DNA of 64,000 nucleotides from Candidatus Multivorans sp. GTDB taxonomy: Bacteria > Acidobacteriota > Thermoanaerobaculia > Multivoradales > Multivoraceae. Positions within the stretch are counted from its first letter, which is position 1. Each line of letters begins with the position of its first letter. The notes beneath the pieces were generated by a model. That model did not search any database. It was not told where the DNA came from and worked only from the letters and a program-made list of their open reading frames with translations. This document shows positions 36,475-45,115 of the stretch, piece by piece. The stretch spans positions 1,920,001 to 1,984,000 of the forward strand of contig OZ251997.1 in the NCBI GenBank assembly GCA_965247095.1, given 5' to 3'. The position numbers and the translations under genes are program-made.

Positions 36475-38739
36475 CTAGGCCAGCTCCGCCAGTTGCTCGC
36501 GGAGAGTGGAGTAGCGGCGGAGGTCCGAGGCCTCATCAACAGCCTTTTGGAGCGCCCATTTCTGGCCGACGATTACCACCACCTGTCGGCCTCTGGTGAT
36601 CGCCGTGTAGAGGAGGTTGCGGCGCAGCATGACGTAGTGGTGCGTGGAAATCGGTATGACGACAGCGGGATACTCCGAACCCTGCGACTTGTGGACGGTG
36701 ACGGCGTAGGCGAGCATCACGCGGTCAAGATCGGGGAACGGGTAGCTGATGGGACGACCATCGAACTCGATCGTCATCTTCTGTTCCCCGGGGTCGATCG
36801 AGACCACCCGGCCGAGGTCGCCGTTGAAGACTTCGCGCCCGTAGTCGTTCTCGGTCTGCATCACTTTGTCGAGTGCGCGGTACTTCCAGCCGAAGCGTTC
36901 GACCTCGACCGCGCCGGACTTGGGCGCCGGATTCAGCACCTCCTGCAGGGTCGCGTTGAGCGCCCGGGCGCCGAGCGGTCCGCGGTTCATTGGCGACAAC
37001 ACCTGGACATCGCGCACCGGGTCGAGGCCGAAGCGCATGGGGATACGTCCCTTGACGATCCGAGCGATCTTCTTCTGCGCGTCCTCGGCATCCTCGGCGG
37101 GCACGAAGTAGAAGTCGCTCAGTTCGTCCGACCTCGACTCCAGTTCCGGTAGGTAACCCCGGTTCACGCGGTGGGCGTTCCTCACGATCCGGCTGTTGTC
37201 GGCCTGGCGGAAGATCTCCTTCAGACGCGCCACCGGGAGAGCGTCGGAATCGATCAGATCCCGCAGCACCTGGCCGGGGCCCACGGACGGCAGTTGGTCC
37301 GCGTCGCCGATCAGGAGCAGCGATCCTTCCGCCGGCAGCGCCTGGAGAAGCGCCGCCATCAGCTCCACGTCGACCATCGACGCCTCGTCGACCACCAGCA
37401 GGCCGCAGTCGATCGGTCGCAGGCGGCCGCGCCGGAAGGTCCCGTTCGACGGGTCGATTTCGAGCAGCCGGTGGATCGTCTTCGCGGTGTGGCCGGTGCT
37501 CTCGCCGAGCCGCTTCGCCGCGCGGCCGGTCGGGGCGCAGAGTGCGCAGCGCACGTCGCGGGTCCGCAGGATCCGCAGCACCGCGTTGACCAGGGTCGTC
37601 TTGCCGACGCCCGGGCCGCCGGTGATCACGGCAACCCGCGAGCGCAGGCTGGTCTCGACCGCGGCGCGCTGGGTCGGCGCCAGGGTCACGTCCAGCCGCT
37701 TCTCCACCCAGGTCAGGGCCTTGGCGGCGTCGATGTCCGCCCAGGGGGGCGGGTCGGCCCGGATGAGTTCACCCAGCCGGCGGGCGATGGCCCGCTCCGC
37801 CGACAGCAGCAGCAGCAGGAAGATCGCCTCCTCGCCGCCCAGACGCGTGGCAACCAGCCGCTCCGCGCGAAGGCCTGCAGCCGCCTCAGGATCTCGCCGA
37901 CCGGCACCTGGCGCGTGTCGGCGACGGTCAGGGCCTCTTCGAAGCTCATCCGCCAGGGCAGTGACGAGGATCTCCTCCGGGATCTTCAGCAGCTCCTGTG
38001 CCTGCTCGAGGAGTTCGCTTCGGGGCAGGCCGCAGTGTCCGGCGCCCCGGGCCTGCTCCAGGGTGTAGCGGAGGCCGGCGCGCGCCCGCGGCAAACCCTC
38101 GCGGTCCTTGCCCAGACTCGCGCCGATGCTGTCGGCGATCCGGAAGCCGATGCCCCGGATATCCCGCGCCAACCGGTAGGGGTCCTCGGTCAGCAGCGTC
38201 GCGGCGTCGGCGCCGTACCTGCGGTAGATCCGAGCCGCCCTCGACGATCGGAGTCCGTGGGTCTGCAGGAAGACCATGATGTCGCGTACCGCCTTCTGGT
38301 CCGCGAAGCCCTCGCTCAAACTCTTCGCGCGCTTCGGGCCGATGCCCGGTACCTCCGTCAGCCGCTCCGGCTCGTTCTCGATGACCTCGAAGACATCCTC
38401 GCCGAACGCCTTCACCAGCCGTCTCGCCATCTTGGGTCCGACGCCCTGCACCTTTCCCGACCCGAGGTAGCGCCGCATGCCTTCGAGCGAATCCGGCGGC
38501 GATACGGCGAGCCGTTGAGCCTGGAACTGGCGCCCGTGGCTCGGATCGTTGCGCCAGGAGCCGGACGCCTGGATCGTCTCCCCCTGCGAGACCACCGGCA
38601 GCCGCCCGACTACCGCCACAGGTTGACCGCGGCCGCGGACCCGTACGCGCATCACGGCGAACCCGTTCTCCGGATTGTGGAAGACGACCCGCTCAACGAC
38701 CCCGGAGAGAGCCTCCCGATCCTGGTCCGAAGCCGTCAT
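36475..38739 (-). CDS. recD2: ATP-dependent RecD2-like DNA helicase
   Basis: GVVERVVFHN, HhH repeats, TGGPGVGKTT, APTGRAAKRL, DEASM, GDADQLPSVGPG, AYAVTVHKSQGSE. Confidence 0.95.
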   Translation of the reverse strand: MTASDQDREALSGVVERVVFHNPENGFAVMRVRVRGRGQPVAVVGRLPVVSQGETIQASGSWRNDPSHGRQFQAQRLAVSPPDSLEGMRRYLGSGKVQGVGPKMARRLVKAFGEDVFEVIENEPERLTEVPGIGPKRAKSLSEGFADQKAVRDIMVFLQTHGLRSSRAARIYRRYGADAATLLTEDPYRLARDIRGIGFRIADSIGASLGKDREGLPRARAGLRYTLEQARGAGHCGLPRSELLEQAQELLKIPEEILVTALADELRRGPDRRRHAPGAGRRDPEAAAGLRAERLVATRLGGEEAIFLLLLLSAERAIARRLGELIRADPPPWADIDAAKALTWVEKRLDVTLAPTQRAAVETSLRSRVAVITGGPGVGKTTLVNAVLRILRTRDVRCALCAPTGRAAKRLGESTGHTAKTIHRLLEIDPSNGTFRRGRLRPIDCGLLVVDEASMVDVELMAALLQALPAEGSLLLIGDADQLPSVGPGQVLRDLIDSDALPVARLKEIFRQADNSRIVRNAHRVNRGYLPELESRSDELSDFYFVPAEDAEDAQKKIARIVKGRIPMRFGLDPVRDVQVLSPMNRGPLGARALNATLQEVLNPAPKSGAVEVERFGWKYRALDKVMQTENDYGREVFNGDLGRVVSIDPGEQKMTIEFDGRPISYPFPDLDRVMLAYAVTVHKSQGSEYPAVVIPISTHHYVMLRRNLLYTAITRGRQVVVIVGQKWALQKAVDEASDLRRYSTLREQLAELA

Positions 38740-38837
38740 GGTGCCGAACTATGCCGCAAAGGCCACTCGCCACGACCCATCGGTGTCACAATCACGCGCC
38801 TTCCCTCCCGCGACCCAAACGCCCAGGAGCTCCACGA

Positions 38838-39503
38838 ATGACCGACGCCTGCCGATTCGACCACCTGGCGCTCAACGCCAACGACCCGGCTGCAGCGGCC
38901 GCCTGGTACGCGCGCCACTTCGGCGGTTCGCTGATCGACGAGGACTCGACGGAAGGCGGCGGCGGAATGGTTGCGGCCCGGTTCCAGGCCGGCGCCGGCA
39001 CGGCGCAACTTCGCTGGCGCGATGCTGAGGCCCCCGGCCCCAGCATCGGCACCGGGCTCGACCACTCGGGGTGGTCGGTCGACAACCTCGATGAGCTCCA
39101 CGCCGCAATGCTCGCCGATGGCGCGGAGGAGTTCTGGGAGCCGAGACACTTCAGACCGGCGAAGCTCTACATCTCCTTCGTCACCGATCCCTGGGGCGCA
39201 AAGATCGAACTCCTGGAGGACGAGCACCACCCCGGCTTCCACCACGTTCACATCCTCGGTCCCGATCCGGAGCAGGATCGGGCGTGGCTGCTGGAGCACG
39301 CGCCGGGCGAAGCCGAGACCTTCAAGGGCATGCTGCTCGCCGTCAACTACGGCACGATGAGGGTGCTGTTCCGCCAGACCGACGACGAACTGCAACCGAC
39401 CGCCGGGCGGGCAATCGACCACCTCGCCTGGAACTCCCCTGACATCAGCGGCGGCCTGCACACAAGCCCGACCGGCGTGAACATCCGGGTGGACGCTGTC
39501 TGA
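38838..39503 (+). CDS. VOC/glyoxalase family protein
   Basis: AGGAG RBS; FDHLAL, LDHSGWSV, FVTDPWGAKIEL, FHHVHI. Confidence 0.85.
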   Translation: MTDACRFDHLALNANDPAAAAAWYARHFGGSLIDEDSTEGGGGMVAARFQAGAGTAQLRWRDAEAPGPSIGTGLDHSGWSVDNLDELHAAMLADGAEEFWEPRHFRPAKLYISFVTDPWGAKIELLEDEHHPGFHHVHILGPDPEQDRAWLLEHAPGEAETFKGMLLAVNYGTMRVLFRQTDDELQPTAGRAIDHLAWNSPDISGGLHTSPTGVNIRVDAV

Positions 39504-39513
39504 CGGGCTGCCG

Positions 39514-41508
39514 ATGAGCCTCTGGCCGCCGCCGCGGCGGGTCGAGGAACCTGACGCCGCCCCTCCCCTGGTCGTCCCCGCGGGCGCGGCGGTTGGGCTC
39601 GCGATCACCGGGGCGGGAGGCGCGGCGGACCAGTACCCAATCGCGGAGGAACTGCGGCTCGCGGTTGCCGGTCTACAACGAGCTCTGGCGAGCGTCGAAC
39701 GGGAGTTGGTCGTTCCGGATGCCGAAGGCGACGCCGCCGGGAACGGAACCGACATCGCCTGCCGGGTCTCCGTCGACTCCGCCACCTCCGTAGGCGAAGC
39801 GCGAGCCGCCGTTCCCACGGACGAGAGCTACCGCCTGCGGATCGACCGCGACGGCATCGCGATTGAAGCCGCAACACCGGCCGGCCTGTTCCGAGCCGCC
39901 GCGACGCTGCGGCAGTGGCTCGCCTCGCACGGACGGCAGACCGACCGCGGACTCGAGGTCGCGGCGGTCGAGATCGAGGATCGGCCCGATTTCCCGGTCC
40001 GCGGCGCGATGCTGGACGTGAGCCGGAACCGGGTGCCCACGATGGCGTACCTGGAGCGTCTGATCGACCGTCTGGCGGAGTGGAAGGTCAACCACCTCCA
40101 GCTCTACGTCGAACACACCTACGCCTACGAAGGCCACGAGGATGTCTGGCGGCACGCCTCCCCCTTCACCGCCGCCGAGATCCGCTCACTCGACGCCTAC
40201 TGCCGCGAGCGGTTCATCGAACTGGCCCCGAACCAGAACAGCTTCGGCCACTTCCACCGCTGGCTCGTCCATGACCGGTACCGCCCGCTGGCGGAGGTGC
40301 CCGAAGGGTTCCGCCACCCCTTCTCCGTCGACCCCGAACCGTTCAGCCTGTGCGCGACCGATCCGAGGGTTATCGAGCTCCTCGGCGGCCTCTACGACGA
40401 GTTGCTGCCGCAGTTTGTGAGCCGTCGCTTCAACGTCGGCCTGGACGAGACCTTCGACCTGGGTCGCGGCCGCTCGGCGGAAGCCTGCGCCGAGCGCGGC
40501 AAGCCGGCCGTCTACCTGGACTTCCTGCGCCAGGTCCACGGCCTCGTCACGGACCGCGACAGGCAGATGCTGTTCTGGGGCGACATCATCCTTGAGCACC
40601 CCGAGGTGATCGATCAGATCCCCGAGGACGCGGTCGCGCTGTGCTGGGGTTACGAGGCCGACCACCCCTACGCTGACCAGTGCGCCCGTCTGGCCGCGTC
40701 CGGCCGGGAGTTCTGGGTGTGTCCGGGCACCAGCAGTTGGCACAGCTTCGGCGGCCGGCTACAGAATGCCGTCTCAAACTTGGCTTCCGCCGCGACGGTG
40801 GGCTTCGACGCCGGCGCCCTCGGGCTCCTCGTCACCGACTGGGGCGACCACGGACACCTGCAACCCCCCACGATCGCCGAGCTGCCCCTTTCGATCGGCG
40901 CCGGCTTCGCCTGGTCCGTCGAGGCGGCACGGAAGGAATGCGGACGCGCCGCCGACCAAACCGAACGATGGCTCCAGCACGCCGTCCGCTTCGTCTACGA
41001 CGGCGACGAGGCGGTCGCGCGCACCGTCGTCGAACTCGGCGCCATCGACCTCGACTGCGGCGGCCCGGTCATGAACGGGACCACTCTCTTCTACCTGCTT
41101 CGGTTCATCGACGAGGACTTGACCCACCGCCGTTTCGCCCGGCTCAGCGTCGCCAAACTGCAACGGACGTACGCCCGTCTGGCCGAGATCCGCGACCGGC
41201 TGGCAGGCGCCCACGACTACACCGCGCTGGAGTGGACCTGCCGGATCATGACGTGGTGCTGCCGCCTGGGGATGGAGCGCCTCGGCGCCGGCCGAGGCCA
41301 ACGGGTTGAGCAACTCGCCTCGACCGTCCGCTCCGCCCTCGGCACCGAGCTGCGCCAGATCGCCGACGACCTGCCGCCCGTCTGGCTCGCCACCAGCCGC
41401 GAAGGCGGTCTGCAAGAATCCCGCGCGCTGCTGCTGCGTGCCGCCGCAAGGTTCGAGAACGCCGATGCCGGGCCGGCCACGGAGAGCGGCGCCGCAATCG
41501 GTGGTTGA
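39514..41508 (+). CDS. Glycoside hydrolase family 20 (beta-N-acetylhexosaminidase-like)
   Basis: DESYRLRI, IEDRPDFPVRGAMLDVSR, NSFGH, NVGLDE catalytic pair, TDWGD. Confidence 0.9.
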   Translation: MSLWPPPRRVEEPDAAPPLVVPAGAAVGLAITGAGGAADQYPIAEELRLAVAGLQRALASVERELVVPDAEGDAAGNGTDIACRVSVDSATSVGEARAAVPTDESYRLRIDRDGIAIEAATPAGLFRAAATLRQWLASHGRQTDRGLEVAAVEIEDRPDFPVRGAMLDVSRNRVPTMAYLERLIDRLAEWKVNHLQLYVEHTYAYEGHEDVWRHASPFTAAEIRSLDAYCRERFIELAPNQNSFGHFHRWLVHDRYRPLAEVPEGFRHPFSVDPEPFSLCATDPRVIELLGGLYDELLPQFVSRRFNVGLDETFDLGRGRSAEACAERGKPAVYLDFLRQVHGLVTDRDRQMLFWGDIILEHPEVIDQIPEDAVALCWGYEADHPYADQCARLAASGREFWVCPGTSSWHSFGGRLQNAVSNLASAATVGFDAGALGLLVTDWGDHGHLQPPTIAELPLSIGAGFAWSVEAARKECGRAADQTERWLQHAVRFVYDGDEAVARTVVELGAIDLDCGGPVMNGTTLFYLLRFIDEDLTHRRFARLSVAKLQRTYARLAEIRDRLAGAHDYTALEWTCRIMTWCCRLGMERLGAGRGQRVEQLASTVRSALGTELRQIADDLPPVWLATSREGGLQESRALLLRAAARFENADAGPATESGAAIGG

Positions 41509-41533
41509 TTGCAATGCAATCACAGCGTAGGCT
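41505..41533 (+). promoter_or_regulatory. fitAB/vapBC promoter with palindromic operator
   Basis: TTGATT-17-TAGGCT; perfect palindrome TGATTGCA-A-TGCAATCA (41506-41522). Confidence 0.75.
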
Positions 41534-41565
41534 CACAGGAGCTTTGATCGGAGGGACAGAGAGCA

Positions 41566-41811
41566 ATGGCGAGCATTACAGTCCGCAATCTCGATGAGGA
41601 CGTCAAGAGTCGCCTACGGCTGAAGGCGGCCGGGAACGGCCGTTCGATGGAGGAGGAAGCGCGGATCATCCTGCGCGAGGCTGTCGCTGACGATGGAGTC
41701 CCCGAGAAAGGGCTGGGAACGGCGTTGCACGAACTCTTCAAGCGCTTCGGCGGCGTGGAACTCGAGTTGCCTCCGAGGGAGCCCATGCGTGAGCCACCCC
41801 GTTTCGACTGA
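41566..41811 (+). CDS. FitA-like ribbon-helix-helix antitoxin
   Basis: MASITVRNLDEDVKSRLRLKAAGNGRSMEEEARIIL. Confidence 0.92.
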   Translation: MASITVRNLDEDVKSRLRLKAAGNGRSMEEEARIILREAVADDGVPEKGLGTALHELFKRFGGVELELPPREPMREPPRFD

Positions 41812-42247
41812 ATCACCGGCCGCCGTCATCGTCGACACCAACGTCGTGTCGGAGTTGATGCGCAGCAGGCCGGAGGCCACGGTCATTGCTTGGCTGGACG
41901 ACCATTTCAGGCGCAATCTCTTCGTGACCGCCGTAACCGAAGCTGAGATCAGAGCCGGCATCGCCTATCTGCCTCAGGGCGAACGCCGGCGGCAACTCGC
42001 CCGAGCAGCCGAACGGGCCTTCGCCTCCCTGTTCGCCGGCCGCGTGCTGCCCTTCGACACGGAAGCGGCGCGCGCATATGCCGTGATCGCCGCTCGATGT
42101 CGTGAAGCTGGACGCCCGATCTCACAAGCCGACTGCCAGATCGCTGCAATCGCACGCACGCAAGACACGACCCTGGCAACGAGGAACGTTCGGGACTTCG
42201 AGCTGGCGGACGTGAAGGTCGTCGATCCATGGGCGTTCGCGGAGTGA
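41789..42247 (+). CDS. vapC: VapC/FitB PIN toxin
   Basis: IVDTNVVSELM, TEAEI, ADCQIAAIA, LATRNVRDF; start position uncertain. Confidence 0.9.
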   Translation: MSHPVSTESPAAVIVDTNVVSELMRSRPEATVIAWLDDHFRRNLFVTAVTEAEIRAGIAYLPQGERRRQLARAAERAFASLFAGRVLPFDTEAARAYAVIAARCREAGRPISQADCQIAAIARTQDTTLATRNVRDFELADVKVVDPWAFAE

Positions 42248-43422
42248 AGGTCGACGATCTCGCCGGCGCCTTCCGCGATCGCTTCGGAGCCGAACCCGAG
42301 GTCGTCGCGCGCGCTCCGGGGCGGGTCAACCTGCTCGGCGCCCACGTCGACTACAGCGACGGGTGGGTCCTGCCGGCGGCGATTGACCGGTCGGTCTGGG
42401 TCGCGGCGCGGCGCGCGCCGGGCGAACGGACGCGCCTCGTGGCAAGCGACTTCAGCGAAGAGGCGTCCTTCGACGCGGCCGACATCGAGCCGCCCGTTGC
42501 GGAGCGCGGCGGAGAGACGTCCTGGAGCGACTACCCGCAGGGCCTGGCCTGGGCGCTCGCACAGCGCGGCATTGAGGCGCCGGCGATCGAAGCCGCCTTC
42601 GGCGGCGATCTGCCGATCGGCGCCGGCGTCAGCTCTTCGGCGGCGGTCGAGATGGCGTTCCTGCTCGCCTGGGAGCAGCTTGCCGGCTTCCATCTCTCAG
42701 GCATCGAATGCGCCCAGGTCGGACGCCTGGTCGAGAACGGCTACGTCGGCGTCCAGTCCGGGATCATGGACCAGTTCGCCTCGGTTCACGGCCGCCAGGG
42801 ACATGCCCTGCTGCTCGACTGCCGGTCGCTCGAACACGAGCTCATCCCGACGCCGGAGGACCTGGTCTTCCTGGTCGCCGACACGGGCGTCCGCCGCGCC
42901 CTCGCCGCCGGCACCGGCTTCAACGACCGCAAGAGCGAGTGCGCCCGGGCCGCGGACCTGCTGCGGCCGTACCTGCCTGGCCTCTCCACCCTCCGCGACC
43001 TGGCGCCCGCCGACCTCGACCGGCTGCAGCACGTCCTCGAGCCGCCGCTCGACGGCCGCGCCCGCCACGTCGTCACCGAGTGCCGGCGCGTCCTTGACGG
43101 CGCGGAGGCCCTACGCCACGGCGACCTGCACACGCTCGGCGACCTGATGGGCCAATCGCACCGGAGCTCCCGCGACGACTACGACGTCAGCATCGAGGAA
43201 CTCGACGTGCTCGCCGAAGCCGCCGCCGGCGCCGACGGCTGCTTCGGCGCCCGGCTCACCGGCGCCGGTTTCGGCGGCTGCGTCACCGCGATCACCAGCG
43301 AAGACGCCGCCGACCGTGTGCGCGAGCAGACCGCCGTCGCCTTCGAACGGCGCTTCGGCCGCCGGCCGGAGATTCACACCTGCCGGGTCGGGGACGGGGC
43401 GGGCGTGGTGGAGACCGGTTAA
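42244..43422 (+). CDS. galK: Galactokinase
   Basis: APGRVNLLGAHVDY, PIGAGVSSSAA, GIMDQ, GARLTGAGFGG. Confidence 0.92.
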   Translation: MKVDDLAGAFRDRFGAEPEVVARAPGRVNLLGAHVDYSDGWVLPAAIDRSVWVAARRAPGERTRLVASDFSEEASFDAADIEPPVAERGGETSWSDYPQGLAWALAQRGIEAPAIEAAFGGDLPIGAGVSSSAAVEMAFLLAWEQLAGFHLSGIECAQVGRLVENGYVGVQSGIMDQFASVHGRQGHALLLDCRSLEHELIPTPEDLVFLVADTGVRRALAAGTGFNDRKSECARAADLLRPYLPGLSTLRDLAPADLDRLQHVLEPPLDGRARHVVTECRRVLDGAEALRHGDLHTLGDLMGQSHRSSRDDYDVSIEELDVLAEAAAGADGCFGARLTGAGFGGCVTAITSEDAADRVREQTAVAFERRFGRRPEIHTCRVGDGAGVVETG

Positions 43423-43581
43423 GTCGCCGCCGGCCATGTCCTTCCGATGAACAAGACGCGGTTCCGACCAACTAGTTGCGCCAGGGCACCCCACTCGAAG
43501 CGACGACGTCTCTCTGGGTGCGCGGGCCTTCTGGCCCGCATCAAGTGCGAGGCCGCGAAGCGGCCGGCGCGAGTCGCCCCG

Positions 43582-43986
43582 CTAGGCCGAGACGAGCGAG
43601 TGCGCCAAGTCCCGCACTCGACGAGGGTTCCCATCCTCCGGCCGCCACCCTGCCGAAAGCAGGCCGGCGGGTGAACGACCGTCGAGCAGCGCCCGAGGGC
43701 GATCGAACCAACGCCGCACGCCGGTCTCGCTGTAGGCGCCCAAGAGATCGTCCACCACCAAGGCGAGGAAGCGCAGCCGCGCCGCCAAGTCATCCGGCAT
43801 CTCGCCGCCCTGCGACAGGTAGCGGTGCAGACTAGTCGATGAGACCCCAAGCAGACGGGCCAACAGTTCAACGCCAAGGAGACCGTTCAGTTCCTTTCCC
43901 TTAGACGATGCAGGCGACGAAACCATGCTGGAAACGTACTCCCAAAGGTCCCGCCCGGTCAAGGGGGTCGGCAGGATAGGGATCAT
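43582..43986 (-). pseudogene. Xre/MbcA/ParS-like antitoxin (probably truncated); no RES toxin partner seen
   Basis: HTH LLARLLGVSSTSLHRY plus GVRRWFDRPRALLDGRSPAGLL toxin-binding motif. Confidence 0.65.
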
Positions 43987-44039
43987 TCAGGACCATTGAG
44001 GGCGACCGGTTCCGCCTACGGACTTAGCCCATCATGGAG

Positions 44040-44097
44040 AGTCAGTCCGCCGGGGCCAGGACGGACCCTAAGATGTCAAGATCGTCACTACCACTAA
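44040..44097 (+). pseudogene. Degenerate higB toxin 3' remnant
   Basis: gatgtcaagatcgtcactaccactaa approximates the HigB C-terminus DVEIVDYH* with a 1-nt deletion; directly before higA. Confidence 0.6.
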
Positions 44098-44111
44098 GGA
44101 GGCCTACCGAG

Positions 44112-44417
44112 ATGACCGCCAGAAACGGCATGAGACCCGTACATCCCGGCGAGATTCTGCGTGAAGAACTGGACGAACTCGGTCTGTCGGCCAACGCACT
44201 GTCGAAGGCCCTGGGCGTGCCTGTGCATCGCCTCACGGCCATCCTTAACGGGCAGCGCGGGGTTACAGCGAACACCGCGCTGCGTCTGGCCCGCTACTTC
44301 GGCACGACGCCCGAGCTCTGGCTGAACCTCCAGAAGACGTGGGAGCTCCGCTGTGCCAAGATCGAAGCAGGCCGCCAGAGCGCCGATCAGATCGAGCCCC
44401 GGCCGACTGTTGCGTAG
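44112..44417 (+). CDS. higA: HigA family antitoxin (orphan)
   Basis: AAGGAGG RBS; MRPVHPGEILREEL...TANTALRLARYFGTTPELWLNLQ. Confidence 0.92.
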   Translation: MTARNGMRPVHPGEILREELDELGLSANALSKALGVPVHRLTAILNGQRGVTANTALRLARYFGTTPELWLNLQKTWELRCAKIEAGRQSADQIEPRPTVA

Positions 44418-44498
44418 GGGAAAGGAGGAGGCTCTCCCTAGGTACACAACACGGCTGCGTGTTGACTTTTCCGTGTATCACGGCTACGGTACCCAGAC

Positions 44499-45107
44499 AT
44501 GGAGAGATTGATTGACGTGGCCCGAGTCAGCCAGGGTCTAGCCCGCTCGGGCCGCGGGGCCGGCAACCAGACCGGAAATTGGAAGCTCCGAGTTGTCGAG
44601 AGTGCCAACGTGGCCCATGACGGATGGCTCTGCCTCGAGGGTCTACCGGAAATCGAGGTCGCGCAGAACACCCGCACGGAGCGCCACCTGCTTCGGCCCT
44701 TTGATGTACTCGTCACGGCCCGCTCTCTGCACGCACACGTGGCGCTGGTCCCACCGATCGTCTCGCGGACCGTGGCCAGCATCACCCTGCTGGTCGTGCG
44801 CCCCAACCGCCCTGAGGCGGGCATGGGCCACTACCTCTACTACTACCTGAGTTCGACTTTCGGCCGGAGGCAAATCGCCAGGCACCTGACGGTCGGCACC
44901 AGGTTCCCACTGATCTCAGCCAGGAGCCTCGGAGAGATCCAGGTGCCGTTGCCGTCTGCACGAGAACTCGACCTGATTGCTCAACTTGTGGAGGCATCAG
45001 AGGCTGCCCACACTTCAGCAATCACAGCCGCCCGGCTACGCCGCGAATCGCTCCGCGACTCCATCATCCACACTATCGGCGCCAAGACGGCCTCGATTTC
45101 TCCATAG
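44499..45107 (+). CDS. Single-TRD HsdS-like specificity protein
   Basis: LLRPFDVLVTAR, YLYYYLSS..GRRQI, LGEIQVPLPS followed by a helical tail; 8 bp before hsdM. Confidence 0.7.
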   Translation: MERLIDVARVSQGLARSGRGAGNQTGNWKLRVVESANVAHDGWLCLEGLPEIEVAQNTRTERHLLRPFDVLVTARSLHAHVALVPPIVSRTVASITLLVVRPNRPEAGMGHYLYYYLSSTFGRRQIARHLTVGTRFPLISARSLGEIQVPLPSARELDLIAQLVEASEAAHTSAITAARLRRESLRDSIIHTIGAKTASISP

Positions 45108-45115
45108 GACAGCGC

